Assembly (NCBI GenBank): GCA_963667665.2
Contig: OY763927.2
Span: forward strand, 1,568,001-1,632,000
Direction: 5' to 3'
DNA: 64,000 bases
From: Nitrosopumilus sp.
GTDB lineage: Archaea; Thermoproteota; Nitrososphaeria; Nitrososphaerales; Nitrosopumilaceae
The notes below the pieces were generated by a model. It saw only the letters and a program-made list of their open reading frames with translations. It was not told the origin of the DNA and did no database searches. Shown piece after piece: positions 19,549 to 30,185 of the stretch; within the stretch, counting starts at the first letter, position 1; the number at the start of each line of letters is the position of its first letter. The position numbers and the translations under genes were made by a program.

Positions 19549-20259
19549 TTAAGCGTAATCAAAATTATCTTTGATCATTTCTTTAATTCCATTCCAATTT
19601 TTATTTTCTTTGTCGTTCCATTTTTCAAAATACACAACATCTTTTAGATCAAGTCTTGGTAACCAATTTGCAGTCTCAAGATCTGGTTTTTCTGCAAATT
19701 CATTCACATATCCTAAACACAAGTATGCAACAGGAATGACATGTTCTGGTAATGACAGAGTTTCTTTTAGTGTTTCATTTGAAAGAATACTTACCCATCC
19801 AAGACCTACTCCTTCTGTTCTTGCTGATAACCATAAATTTTGGATTGCACAACATACACTGTATAGTCCTGCTTCAGGTATGCTTGATCTTCCAATAACA
19901 AAAGGACCAAATTTTGTAGGATCATATGTAACACAAATATTTACTGGAGATTCTAAAATTCCCTCTAGCTTGAATGAAAGATATTTTGATTTCTTTGGTT
20001 CTTCAACTAATTTTGATGAACGATCTTTTTCTTCTTCAAAAGATTCTTTGATTTTCTTTTTTGTTTCAATATCTTTTATCAAGATGAAATTCCACGGTTG
20101 AGAAAATCCTACTGATGGGGCATGATGTGCAGCATGTAATATTTTTGATAAAATATCATCTTCTATAGATTTTGAGATAAAATGAGATCTTACATCTCTT
20201 CTTGAATAAATTGCCTTATAGAAGCCTCTTTTTTCTTCTTCAGTAAAATCCTCTGTCAA
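19549..20259 (-). CDS. bluB: 5,6-dimethylbenzimidazole synthase
   Basis: RRDVRS, APSVGFSQPWNF, LEGILE, CAIQNLWL, GVGLGWVS. Confidence 0.93.
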   Translation of the reverse strand: MTEDFTEEEKRGFYKAIYSRRDVRSHFISKSIEDDILSKILHAAHHAPSVGFSQPWNFILIKDIETKKKIKESFEEEKDRSSKLVEEPKKSKYLSFKLEGILESPVNICVTYDPTKFGPFVIGRSSIPEAGLYSVCCAIQNLWLSARTEGVGLGWVSILSNETLKETLSLPEHVIPVAYLCLGYVNEFAEKPDLETANWLPRLDLKDVVYFEKWNDKENKNWNGIKEMIKDNFDYA

Positions 20260-20341
20260 CTATTTCACACTTTTTTCCTTTTTATTCATCCTTTCTTTTG
20301 TTAAACGTTAATAATACTAGTATCTAGTCTTGTTTTTCAAT

Positions 20342-20415
20342 GGGCCGGTAGTCTAGCTGGTTAGGATACCGCCTCGACACGGCGGTGATCGTGAGTTCGA
20401 ATCTCACTCGGCCCA
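20342..20415 (+). tRNA. tRNA-Val(GAC)
   Basis: Acceptor GGGCCGG/TCGGCCC, anticodon arm CCGCC-TCGACAC-GGCGG, TTCGAAT loop, followed by T-tract. Confidence 0.95.
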
Positions 20416-20426
20416 CTTTTTTTTAA

Positions 20427-20921
20427 TTAAAATCCGGTTTTGAATTCTTTGTCAATTGTCATCCATGCAGATTGTGTAGTAACACTTCCTTCTGCTGAAA
20501 AACTAGTAATTCTATTTTCTATAGCATCTTGATAAATTTCTGAGTTAACTTCAGATTTTTCAAGAACAAATATATTTTTCAAAGAAAGTTCCACACCTGG
20601 CAAAAATGTAGCTCTTCCAGGCATTGAAATATCTACTGTAGAATATTGTCCTGAACCAAGTAGTATTCCATCACCGTAAAGTTGGTATCCAATTAGTGGA
20701 ACTGTGAATGTTTTATCACTTGGATTCTTTACAAGAAATGTAACATCAAATTTTGCTTGATTATCTATTGTACTAACATCTCTTAGTTCTACATTTATTA
20801 ATTCAATTTCAACTTGTTCAATCTCCACAGAATCGAGATTACCATAATAAAAAATTCCTCCCATCAAAGCTAAACATCCAACTAATGCAGCATAAATTGT
20901 CATCTTGCTTTGAAGTGCCAT
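20427..20921 (-). CDS. Membrane-anchored LEA_2-like protein
   Basis: N-terminal TM segment, FLVKNPS, IGYQLY. Confidence 0.7.
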   Translation of the reverse strand: MALQSKMTIYAALVGCLALMGGIFYYGNLDSVEIEQVEIELINVELRDVSTIDNQAKFDVTFLVKNPSDKTFTVPLIGYQLYGDGILLGSGQYSTVDISMPGRATFLPGVELSLKNIFVLEKSEVNSEIYQDAIENRITSFSAEGSVTTQSAWMTIDKEFKTGF

Positions 20922-21003
20922 TTCAATGCTTTCAGATTATGTACAACTAAAAAAGGTTGTTAAGATCCAAATACATAATATTTGATTCTAAATATGATAT
21001 TTT

Positions 21004-21501
21004 ATGACTGTACTAGAGCAAGCAATTCTCACTTGGATTCATCTTATTGCAGCTGCAATATGGGTTGGTGGTTCACTTTTCATTGGAATTGTATTTTCTC
21101 CACTTCTAAAAACAATGACTGATTCTCTTGAAGAAAGAATGAAAATAATGATTCGTGTTGGAAAACGATTTAACAAAATTGCTGTTCCTGCATTAATTAT
21201 TTTAATGGCTACTGGATTGTATAATTCTCATGTATTGCTTAGTAAACCTGAACTTCTTGTTTCAACAAGCTATGGAACATTTTTAATTGTTAAAATAATT
21301 CTAGTCATTGCACTAGTAATCACATATGCAGTACATGTTCGAGTAATTCGTAAAGACGTTGAAGAAAAAATTATGTCTAATCAAATGTCAGAGCCACAAA
21401 TTCAAAAATTAAGAAAAAAAATCATTATTCTTGGGGAAGTAACAGTATTTCTGTCAATAGCAATTCTGTTTTTTGCATCATTACTTGATGCTGGAGTTTG
21501 A
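21004..21501 (+). CDS. CopD-family membrane protein
   Basis: HLIAAAIWVGG, TGLYN, YG.FLIVK. Confidence 0.8.
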   Translation: MTVLEQAILTWIHLIAAAIWVGGSLFIGIVFSPLLKTMTDSLEERMKIMIRVGKRFNKIAVPALIILMATGLYNSHVLLSKPELLVSTSYGTFLIVKIILVIALVITYAVHVRVIRKDVEEKIMSNQMSEPQIQKLRKKIIILGEVTVFLSIAILFFASLLDAGV

Positions 21502-22518
21502 GATCCCCTCAATAATTACTTCAAATCCCTTAGTTAATTTCCCAATTCCGTATTTACAACCTGTAATTTTTGATGTAACAAACAAATTTGTCTCCAAGTG
21601 TTTTGTAATCTCTCTTACCTGAAATATTGTTTTTTTCTGACTTAAACTTGCAGGAACTACAAGCATATCTGCTAAATTTTCATCTACACCTAGTTGATTT
21701 TTAACAAATTTATCAAAATCTAAATCAAATCTCTGTGTTTTTTTATTAAACAATGCATCAACTCCTATAATTGAATGTTCATCAATACTGTAAATTAACA
21801 AAGATGCCCCTGAATCTATTGCTTCCTGATTTTTAATTTCTGTTTCAACAATGAATTTTTTTTCAGTTAATCTTTCTTTGATTTCTACAATTTGATTTTT
21901 AATTTTTTCAATTGAAAGTTTTGAAAATGTACAAATTAATTTAACAGAATTTGTTTTTCTTTCTGTAAGTGATATTGGTTTTACACGAGATGGATATATT
22001 TGTAAATTAATTTCTCCACTACCTTTTGGATAGTAACCACGTTTACTCAATTTAACTGAAAATTCTATTCCCATTCTTGAATATGCCTCTCTTAGTACAT
22101 GTTGAGTATAATCAATTGAAGGACTCCAAAGTACATCTGTACCTCCCTTAATTGTCAAATTGAGTTTTTTTTGAGAAATAGCAACTACAGGAATTAAAAC
22201 TTGTAAAATTAAAGAAATGCTTCCAGCTGTTCCTACATCTTCTACTAATTCTAAACTCTCAATTTTGTTTGGAATGAATTTTAATTCAGTAGAGCCTATC
22301 TCTACTCCAATTACTTTAGCATTTGCAATTTTTTGAAGAATTTTTATCGCTGTAAGATGTTGTGGTCTTAATCCTGGAATCTTTCTGTTTTTTCTTATAT
22401 TTTCTAAATGAATTGGTTGTTTTGTAATACACGAAAGTGCAATTGCTGAACGTATTATCTGTCCACCTCCTTCACCAAATCCACCATTAATTTTTAGAAA
22501 ATCCACAGTTTTTTCCAA
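21481..22518 (-). CDS. rtcA: RNA 3'-terminal phosphate cyclase
   Basis: GEGGGQIIR, PGLRPQH, GGTDV, RGYYPKG, HLETN. Confidence 0.95.
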   Translation of the reverse strand: MEKTVDFLKINGGFGEGGGQIIRSAIALSCITKQPIHLENIRKNRKIPGLRPQHLTAIKILQKIANAKVIGVEIGSTELKFIPNKIESLELVEDVGTAGSISLILQVLIPVVAISQKKLNLTIKGGTDVLWSPSIDYTQHVLREAYSRMGIEFSVKLSKRGYYPKGSGEINLQIYPSRVKPISLTERKTNSVKLICTFSKLSIEKIKNQIVEIKERLTEKKFIVETEIKNQEAIDSGASLLIYSIDEHSIIGVDALFNKKTQRFDLDFDKFVKNQLGVDENLADMLVVPASLSQKKTIFQVREITKHLETNLFVTSKITGCKYGIGKLTKGFEVIIEGISNSSIK

Positions 22519-22569
22519 TTACAACTCTTTATGATAGTTTTTTTAAAAAGAAATTATCTATATTTCTGT

Positions 22570-23064
22570 ATGAACGGTTTGTTGATTGGGAGATTCCAAC
22601 CTTTTCACTTGGGACATCTTGAAGCATTACAATTTGCACTATCAAAAGTTGATAAATTATGGGTAGGTTTGGGCAGCTCTAACAAACCTGCACAAAAAAA
22701 CAATCCTTTCTCAGCTGAGGAACGAAAAGAGATGATTCTGTCTTCAATTGATGATTCAATAAAAAAGAGAATTTCAATTTATTTTATTCCAGATTTGGAT
22801 AATCATGTAAAATGGATTGAAAAAATAGATACTATTGTTCCAAAATTTGATATAGTTTTTTCAAACGATGAATTAACAAAACATCTGTATTCAAAAAGGA
22901 CAATTCAAATAATTACTATCCCATTTTTGAAAAGAGATGTATTGTCTGGAGCTAAGATTCGAGATTTAATTACTAGCGATCAAAAATGGGATGATCTAGT
23001 CCCTGAGGGCACCAAAAATTTTTTGATTAACAATGGTGCAAAAGAATATTTGAAAAATCTCTAA
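22570..23064 (+). CDS. nadM: Nicotinamide-nucleotide adenylyltransferase
   Basis: GRFQPFHLGH, NPFSAEER; ATG 22570. Confidence 0.92.
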   Translation: MNGLLIGRFQPFHLGHLEALQFALSKVDKLWVGLGSSNKPAQKNNPFSAEERKEMILSSIDDSIKKRISIYFIPDLDNHVKWIEKIDTIVPKFDIVFSNDELTKHLYSKRTIQIITIPFLKRDVLSGAKIRDLITSDQKWDDLVPEGTKNFLINNGAKEYLKNL

Positions 23065-23106
23065 TTATAAATAAACCCAATATCTCATTGACATCGTAGA
23101 TTACAA

Positions 23107-24255
23107 ATGGAATATCTTTCAATGCTCCCAGGTCCAACAAATGTACCTAATAGAGTAATGAGAGCAATGCTTGCACCTATCATTAATCACCGAAGTGATG
23201 ATTTTGTAGAATTATACACTGATGTTGTTGAAAAAACTCAAAAAGTATTTGAAACACAAAATGATATTGTGGCTTTATCTGCATCTGGAACAGGTGCAGT
23301 GGAAGCAGGAGTAATTAATCTAGTTAAAAAAGGTGATAAAATCATAATTCCAGTAAATGGAGAATTTAGTAATAGATTATCACAACTCATTGAAGGTCAA
23401 GGAGCTAATGTTGTTAAACTTGAAACTCCACCAGGACAAAATGCAACTTTTGATCAAGTAAAAGAAGCATTTGATAACAATAAAGATGTTAAAGCATTCT
23501 ACGTTGTTCACAATGAAACTTCTACTGGAACAATGGTAAATTATCTTGATAAAGTATCTGACTTAACATCTAGAAATGATGCATTTTACGTTGTAGATTC
23601 TGTTTCTTTACTTGGTGGTGTTGAACTTCCAGTAGATAAATGGAATATTGATGTATGTCTAACTGGAGCACAAAAAGCACTTGCTGCCCCTCCAGGTATT
23701 TCACCAATATCTGTAAGTGCCAAAGCCAAAAAATACATGATAGCAAACCCACCATCCACAATGTACTTCAATTTAGCGAGATACTTCCAATATTATGAAG
23801 AATCAAAACATACTCCTTTCACTCCTGCATTACCTTTACTTTATGCATACAGAGAAGCACTAACAATAATGTTAGAAGAAGGACTACAAAATGTCTATAA
23901 ACGTCACAAGATTTGTTCTGATGCACTATATTTTGGATTAAGTGCAATTGGTTTAACACCATATGTTACAAACGAAGAAGATCGTTCGATCTCAATTGTT
24001 GCATTAAATTATTTGGATGGACTAGAAGACAAAACTTTCAGAAGCACACTAGCAGATAAATTCAAAGTCTTAGTAGCAGGTGGATTTGGAAATCTTAAAG
24101 GAAAAGTATTCAGAGTTGGATGTATGGGAGAAGTTAGTCCATATCATGTAATGAGAACCATTTCTGCAATTTCATCTACCTTAGCAATGATGGGATATGA
24201 TACAGATGCTAAAGCAGGACTCAGTGCTGCAGAAGAAAAACTAAAAGCTCTCTAA
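23107..24255 (+). CDS. Class V aminotransferase (serine-pyruvate/alanine-glyoxylate type)
   Basis: PGPTNV, HNETSTG, VDSVS, GAQKALAAPPG, PFTP. Confidence 0.93.
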   Translation: MEYLSMLPGPTNVPNRVMRAMLAPIINHRSDDFVELYTDVVEKTQKVFETQNDIVALSASGTGAVEAGVINLVKKGDKIIIPVNGEFSNRLSQLIEGQGANVVKLETPPGQNATFDQVKEAFDNNKDVKAFYVVHNETSTGTMVNYLDKVSDLTSRNDAFYVVDSVSLLGGVELPVDKWNIDVCLTGAQKALAAPPGISPISVSAKAKKYMIANPPSTMYFNLARYFQYYEESKHTPFTPALPLLYAYREALTIMLEEGLQNVYKRHKICSDALYFGLSAIGLTPYVTNEEDRSISIVALNYLDGLEDKTFRSTLADKFKVLVAGGFGNLKGKVFRVGCMGEVSPYHVMRTISAISSTLAMMGYDTDAKAGLSAAEEKLKAL

Positions 24256-24296
24256 ACTCTGTTAACTTAATATTAGGAAATTCGAGACCGATCACA

Positions 24297-25043
24297 TTGA
24301 CTTTCAATAAAGGCTCATTAATTCTAGTAGACTATACTGCAAAGGTAAAAGATAATGACGAAGTATTTGATACCACCATTGAAGAGGATGCAAAAAAACA
24401 TTCTATTCATGAACAAAATGTCAAATATCAACCAAAACTAGTTTCAATTGGTGAAGTATCTTATCCAGTTCTCAAAGGATTAGATGAAGCACTTGCAAAA
24501 ACATCTGTTGGAGATAAACTAACAGTTGAAGTTACGCCTGACAAAGGTTTTGGTGAAAGAGATTCTAAAAAAGTTAGAATGATTCCTATTAGAAAACTTG
24601 GTGAAGATGCAGAGAAAGTTTCAGTAGGTGATACAATTGAAGTTGACAATAAAAGAGGAATTATTCGTTTAATGGGATCTGGTAGAGTCCAAATAGATTA
24701 CAATCACAGATACGCAGGAAAAACAATTCTATATGATGTAAATGTAATCAAATCACTTGATTCTCCAAGTGATAAGGTAGATGGAATTCTTAAAAACAGA
24801 TTACCTGTAGAAGATACAAAAATTGCATTTGACTTGAAGGATAAAGAAGTAAACATTACAATTCCTGAAGAAATTTTACGTGCAGATGGTTTACAAATAA
24901 TGAAACATTTTATTCAATTAGATATCTTCAAGTTTGTTCCAACTTTAGAAAAAACAAGTTTTGTGGAAACACATGTCAATAAACAAACTCAAGAAAAGAA
25001 ATCTGAAACAAAAGAAAAAGCACCTGAACAAAAGGCTGCTTAA
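24297..25043 (+). CDS. FKBP-type peptidyl-prolyl isomerase (archaeal long type)
   Basis: VFDTT, GLDEAL, GFGER, DYNHRYAGK. Confidence 0.93.
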   Translation: MTFNKGSLILVDYTAKVKDNDEVFDTTIEEDAKKHSIHEQNVKYQPKLVSIGEVSYPVLKGLDEALAKTSVGDKLTVEVTPDKGFGERDSKKVRMIPIRKLGEDAEKVSVGDTIEVDNKRGIIRLMGSGRVQIDYNHRYAGKTILYDVNVIKSLDSPSDKVDGILKNRLPVEDTKIAFDLKDKEVNITIPEEILRADGLQIMKHFIQLDIFKFVPTLEKTSFVETHVNKQTQEKKSETKEKAPEQKAA

Positions 25044-25044
25044 A

Positions 25045-26109
25045 TTAAATTACTTTAGTACTCTTTGCAAGGCTTAATGCTCTTTTTTCAGTCATTTTAA
25101 TTTCTTTTAAAATTGTATATCTTTTTGGTCGTAGTCCTTGTGCCATAATTAGAGCTTTTATTATTACATCTGGTTTAAGACCAATTTGTTTTGCAGTTGT
25201 TGGGGCTCCAACATCTTTTAGTGTCTTTACAATTTTTTTCCAATCTTGTCCTTGTAATTTTGCCATCATTATAGAACCAATCCCACATTTCTCTCCATGA
25301 AATCCAATGTCTGGAGCAATTTTGTCAAGTGCATGTGAAAAAAGATGTTCTGCACCAGAACATGGTCTACTACTCCCTGCAATACATGATGCTACTCCTG
25401 CACTGATCAATCCTTCTACAATCACTCTTGCATCCAATCCTTCCTTTGCAAATTTAGAAGAATTCTCCATAACTATCTTAGCACTCATCATGGCTAGATC
25501 TGCCGCATATCTTCCATAGTATTCCTTCTTTTTTTTATGACCTAATTGCCAATCCTTTACTGCTATAATATTTGCAATAAGATCTCCACAACCACTAGCT
25601 AACAATCTAGCAGGAGCTTTTCTAATTATATCAATATCTACAAAAACACCCATAGGTGCAGATGCCACAATTGAATGTGGTAAGTCACTTTTTATAGAAA
25701 CAAATGGACTTGCCATTCCATCATGAGAAGCTGCAGTTGGTAAGCTTACGAATGGTTTACCTAAATTATATGAAATTAATTTTGCTGTATCTACAGAACG
25801 ACCTCCACCAATTCCAACTATTAAGTCCGAATTGTCTTTTTTAACATCTTTTTGAATTTTATTCAATGATTTTATTTGATTATCTTTTGATGTATGCCAA
25901 ATATATCGAATTTTTTTTGTTTTCAGAGATTTTTCAATTTTTTTCCTTAAAACCTTTTGAACATTTGTTCCAGATATCAAAGAAACTTTTTTTGGTTTGT
26001 TTAATGAATTTAGAAATTTTCCAAAATCACCAATATTTTTCTCACCAATTACAATGAGCCTAGGAAGTTCCATCGTATGCGATTGCATGCGATCCTGATT
26101 TTTTGTCAT
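25045..26109 (-). CDS. egsA: sn-glycerol-1-phosphate dehydrogenase
   Basis: GIGGGRSVD, PTAASHDG, SSRPCSGAEH, HGEKCG. Confidence 0.95.
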   Translation of the reverse strand: MTKNQDRMQSHTMELPRLIVIGEKNIGDFGKFLNSLNKPKKVSLISGTNVQKVLRKKIEKSLKTKKIRYIWHTSKDNQIKSLNKIQKDVKKDNSDLIVGIGGGRSVDTAKLISYNLGKPFVSLPTAASHDGMASPFVSIKSDLPHSIVASAPMGVFVDIDIIRKAPARLLASGCGDLIANIIAVKDWQLGHKKKKEYYGRYAADLAMMSAKIVMENSSKFAKEGLDARVIVEGLISAGVASCIAGSSRPCSGAEHLFSHALDKIAPDIGFHGEKCGIGSIMMAKLQGQDWKKIVKTLKDVGAPTTAKQIGLKPDVIIKALIMAQGLRPKRYTILKEIKMTEKRALSLAKSTKVI

Positions 26110-26185
26110 TATTTATGATTTTCAGGGATCAAAAAGTTATTTAAAAGGGAACCTGCAACTCACTTTATCTTAATAGGTGTAATTT

Positions 26186-26818
26186 TTGTCAAACAACGTT
26201 GAAGAAAAAATTCTGCATGGGACTACCACTGTAGGTATCAAAGCTACCGATGGTGTTGTGTTATGTGCTGATATGAGAGCAAGTGCAGGTTATTTTATTG
26301 CGAATAATAACACAATGAAAATTCAAAAAATTGATTTGCACGCAGGATTAACCTTGGCTGGTGGCGTGGCTGACGCACAAAATATTGTTGATATTTTACG
26401 TTATCATTCTAATCTACACAGAGTTGAAAAATCAAGTCCAATTTCAATTCATTCACTTGCTAGACTTTGCTCATTGATATTCCATCAAAATCGAGGTTAT
26501 CCATTCATGGCTGATATCTTACTTGGTGGTTATGATGCAAACGGTCCTGCATTGTTTAACATCGATATGTTTGGATCAGTTGAAGAGAAATCATATGTTA
26601 CAACTGGTAGTGGTTCACCAGTAGCTTATGGTTTACTTGAAGAGGAATATCAAAAAGATATTACAGTTGAAGAAGCAAAAAAAATAGCTTTACGAGCTGT
26701 TAAAGCTGCAATAGTTAGAAATATTGGTACTGGTGATGGAATTAACATCTCAGTAATGGATAAAGATGGATTCCGTCTTTTGACCGATGAACAAAAGAAA
26801 ACAGTCATCGAACTTTAG
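26186..26818 (+). CDS. psmB: Proteasome subunit beta
   Basis: Propeptide then GTTTVG, GGVADAQ, TGSGS. Confidence 0.96.
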   Translation: MSNNVEEKILHGTTTVGIKATDGVVLCADMRASAGYFIANNNTMKIQKIDLHAGLTLAGGVADAQNIVDILRYHSNLHRVEKSSPISIHSLARLCSLIFHQNRGYPFMADILLGGYDANGPALFNIDMFGSVEEKSYVTTGSGSPVAYGLLEEEYQKDITVEEAKKIALRAVKAAIVRNIGTGDGINISVMDKDGFRLLTDEQKKTVIEL

Positions 26819-26825
26819 TGATTTT

Positions 26826-28763
26826 ATGCAAAGAAAACAACAACAAAAAGAATTACCTTCTAGCCAAAACATAATGGCCACCATACTGCAAAGTATTCCC
26901 AAAGAGGCAGGTGTTACAAAAATTGAATATGAAGGACCACGAATTGCTCTTTACACAAAAACTCCTCGTTATCTAATGGAAAATAATGAATTAATATCAA
27001 ATCTTGTCAATGTAATTAAAAAAAGAATTGTTGTAAGGACTGATGAATCAATTAGAAAACCTGAAGATGAAGCTAGACGAATTCTTGCAGAATGTGTTCC
27101 AAAAGAAGCAAATCTACAAGGAATTATTTTTGATATAACCACCGGTGAAGTTTCAGTTGAAGCAAAAAGACCTTGGTTGTTACAAAGAGATGCAAAGGAA
27201 TTCAATCATGCTGAAGTTACCGAAAAAACAGGATGGAAATTACGTGTCAGAAAATCTACAACTATACCTTCACGTACTATTCAAACAATCAATGCAACTC
27301 TAAAACAATACTCTTCTGAGAGAAGTAAACAACTCAAACAAGTAGGTGATGAAATTTTCAGACCTAGACTATCTCAAAGAACTGAAGTTTCAATTTATAC
27401 TCTTGGTGGATTTGGACAAGTTGGTAGGTCTTCCTTATTACTTTCCACTCCTGAAAGTAAAATCTTAATTGATTGTGGACTAAATCCTGGTGCACGTTCA
27501 CCAATGGATGCATTTCCAAGACTAGATTCTCTAAATATGACCCTAGACGAAATTGATGCAATAGTAATTGGACATGCACATTTGGATCATACTGGATTTT
27601 TACCGACATTGTGTAAATATGGTTACAAAGGTCCAATCTATTGTACAGAACCAACTCTTCCTATGATGAATCTAATTCAATTAGATGCAATCAAAGTAGC
27701 TACTGCACAAGGTAGAACTCCAATTTACGCAGAACGAGATGTTAAACAAGTCATGAGACAAGCAATTACTTTACCATATGGAACTGTTACTGATATTTCG
27801 CCTGACATAAAATTGGTTCTTGCAAATGCAGGTCACATTTTAGGTTCTGCATTATGTCATTTTCATATTGGAAATGGTAATCATAATTTTGTTTATTCAG
27901 GTGATATAAAATTTGGAAAAAGTATTTTGTTTGAAGCTGCTAGTTGGAATTTTCCAAGAGTAGAAACATTGTTGATTGAAAGTACTTACGGTCTTAAAGA
28001 AGATATTCAACCAAGTAGACAAGAAGTAGAATCTGCTTTCATTAATGCAATAAACAACACTTTGGCAGATGGAGGAAAAGTTTTGATACCTATTCCGGCA
28101 GTAGGTCGTGCTCAAGAAATCATGATGGTAATTGATCACTATATGAAATCAGGAGAAATGATTGAAGCGCCAGTCTTTACAGAAGGAATGATTTCTGAGG
28201 CATCAGCCATTCATGAATCTTATCCAGAATACCTGGAAAGAGAACTTAAGAAAAAGATCTTAGAGACTGATGATAATCCATTTGATTCTGAATATTTCAC
28301 AAATATTGAGCACGCAGATGCCAGAGAAGAACCAATGAGAGAAAATTCACCGTGCATTATCTTAACAACATCAGGAATGTTAGAAGGTGGCCCTGTTTTA
28401 GAATACTTCAAAAATATTGCACCTGACAAAAAGAACAAAGTATTGTTTGTTTCTTACCAAGTTAATGGAACTATGGGAAGAAGAGTTCTTGATGGTTCTA
28501 AACAAGTATCCATGTTAGGAAGAGAGGGTAAAATTGAAGTTGTAACTATCAATAGTAGTGTTGAAAGACTAGATGGATTCAGTGGTCACAGTGATTACAA
28601 TCAATTGATGTCATTTGTACAAAGACTAAGACCAAAACTTCGAAGAGTTCTAGTTAATCACGGAGAACGTAAAAAATCAGAAAATCTTGCCATGAATATT
28701 AGACGAATGTATAGAGTGCCTGCTCATTATCCTCAAATTCAAGAAGCAATAAAATTATTTTAG
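26826..28763 (+). CDS. fttA: Beta-CASP ribonuclease aCPSF1 (transcription termination factor FttA)
   Basis: KH domains, HAHLDH, AGHILGS, ESTYG, GFSGH, HGE; follows psmB; ATG 26826. Confidence 0.95.
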   Translation: MQRKQQQKELPSSQNIMATILQSIPKEAGVTKIEYEGPRIALYTKTPRYLMENNELISNLVNVIKKRIVVRTDESIRKPEDEARRILAECVPKEANLQGIIFDITTGEVSVEAKRPWLLQRDAKEFNHAEVTEKTGWKLRVRKSTTIPSRTIQTINATLKQYSSERSKQLKQVGDEIFRPRLSQRTEVSIYTLGGFGQVGRSSLLLSTPESKILIDCGLNPGARSPMDAFPRLDSLNMTLDEIDAIVIGHAHLDHTGFLPTLCKYGYKGPIYCTEPTLPMMNLIQLDAIKVATAQGRTPIYAERDVKQVMRQAITLPYGTVTDISPDIKLVLANAGHILGSALCHFHIGNGNHNFVYSGDIKFGKSILFEAASWNFPRVETLLIESTYGLKEDIQPSRQEVESAFINAINNTLADGGKVLIPIPAVGRAQEIMMVIDHYMKSGEMIEAPVFTEGMISEASAIHESYPEYLERELKKKILETDDNPFDSEYFTNIEHADAREEPMRENSPCIILTTSGMLEGGPVLEYFKNIAPDKKNKVLFVSYQVNGTMGRRVLDGSKQVSMLGREGKIEVVTINSSVERLDGFSGHSDYNQLMSFVQRLRPKLRRVLVNHGERKKSENLAMNIRRMYRVPAHYPQIQEAIKLF

Positions 28764-29033
28764 ATCGTATTCGGGTTTCCAGATCTTTATACTAGATGGA
28801 GCAACAATAATCCTTTCTTCTCCTAATCTTGCAATATCTGCACCGGCAGTTTTTGCAATAGAATACAATTCTTCAACTACATTACGAAGTTGTTCCACAT
28901 CCTTTTGTGCTAAGGGTGTAACTCTCAAAATCAAAATCATTCCCTTTTTGATATCTTCTTTGATAGAATGAATATCACTGATGTCTCTAATTGTTATAGC
29001 CTTTAGAAATGTGGGTGTTTCTTGTTTTTGCAT
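28755..29033 (-). CDS. sepF: SepF-family protein
   Basis: ADIARLGEERIIVAP motif and size. Confidence 0.8.
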   Translation of the reverse strand: MQKQETPTFLKAITIRDISDIHSIKEDIKKGMILILRVTPLAQKDVEQLRNVVEELYSIAKTAGADIARLGEERIIVAPSSIKIWKPEYDLK

Positions 29034-29106
29034 CCTTATTGGAAATCCGATCTACTCATTCAAAAACTCTTCCTTAATACTAACTAATTTTTAAATTTTT
29101 TTACGC

Positions 29107-30114
29107 CTACATTCTGAATTTGATGTAAGACTGTTCCTCTGCACTTTTAGATTTGATTTCTTCAGTAGAGTTCTCGTTTGTGACTAAAACAACTCCGAGT
29201 TGATTTTTTGGTGCATCTGAATATCTTAGCGTTACAGATGATGCAAATTCTATGTGATCTTTGGCATTGTTACCACGTAGAATTGAAACTGGTCCTACGT
29301 AATCTTTAGCTTCAAGTAAAATATCACCAGGTAATGCTAATGCTTTAATCATTTCATTTTCATCTTTATTTCTTCCAACAACAAATTTTGTTTGCTCATC
29401 TAATCTAAAATGTCTTCCAATTTTTAACAAATCAATTTCATTAATTGTTGGAGTTTCCATATGATCAAACAAATCTTTAGCTTTAATTCCAAATTGTGGC
29501 TCTGTTAATAGACAACCACCACCTGCATTTGGTGGATTTTCAATTCCATATTCTTTAGCCATTTGTATTTGAATTTTTCTTTGTCTTCCTTTAATCATTC
29601 CAAGATTTTCTCTTTTGATCAAACCATCTTTTTCAGCATCTGTTGGTGGTAATAATCCAGCAGATAACGGTCTAACAATTTTTCCAGTTAAATTTGATTC
29701 TTTTTCAATAATATGTAATGATGGTGCATGTTGACTCATTGGACGTTGACCTAATACTTCCCCTGAAATAATAAATTCTGCACCAATTTCTTCCATGTGT
29801 TTTTTTGCAGCATCAAACATCATTGTTCTACAATCAACACACGGATTAAAGCCAGCGCCAATTCCATGTTTTGGATGTTTTAACATCTCTATGTATTCAT
29901 CACCAAGATAAACTGTTTTCAAATTTACATTAAGATCATCTGCTCTTTCTCTAATTTCAAATCCACATCCTCTTCCACAATCAAAATCACAAAAAGGAGT
30001 TTTTATTGCAACAGCTGAAACTTCAAAACCTTGCTCTTGCATCATTCTTACTGCAAGTTGACTATCTAATCCTCCTGATAGTAATGCAACTACTTTCTTC
30101 TTTTCTTCTGTCAT
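29107..30114 (-). CDS. PP-loop tRNA thiolation protein (ThiI/DUF814-like)
   Basis: SGGLDS, PCVDCR, GEVLGQRPMSQ, GGCLLT, GRHFR; ATG 30114. Confidence 0.85.
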   Translation of the reverse strand: MTEEKKKVVALLSGGLDSQLAVRMMQEQGFEVSAVAIKTPFCDFDCGRGCGFEIRERADDLNVNLKTVYLGDEYIEMLKHPKHGIGAGFNPCVDCRTMMFDAAKKHMEEIGAEFIISGEVLGQRPMSQHAPSLHIIEKESNLTGKIVRPLSAGLLPPTDAEKDGLIKRENLGMIKGRQRKIQIQMAKEYGIENPPNAGGGCLLTEPQFGIKAKDLFDHMETPTINEIDLLKIGRHFRLDEQTKFVVGRNKDENEMIKALALPGDILLEAKDYVGPVSILRGNNAKDHIEFASSVTLRYSDAPKNQLGVVLVTNENSTEEIKSKSAEEQSYIKFRM

Positions 30115-30185
30115 AAAGATCCAATCAAAATTTCCATATACAAACTTTACATCATACATAAATTGAGAAACAGAGGTTTTTTTGT

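Noticed and set aside
19571-20101. Long antisense or alternate-frame ORFs (also 3949-4323, 5191-5583, 43483-43869, 57373-57771 and similar)
   Set aside because: Shadows of well-supported genes, with no independent motifs
19432-20415. tRNA genes as integration sites
   Set aside because: No duplicated tRNA 3' ends noticed and flanking genes are housekeeping
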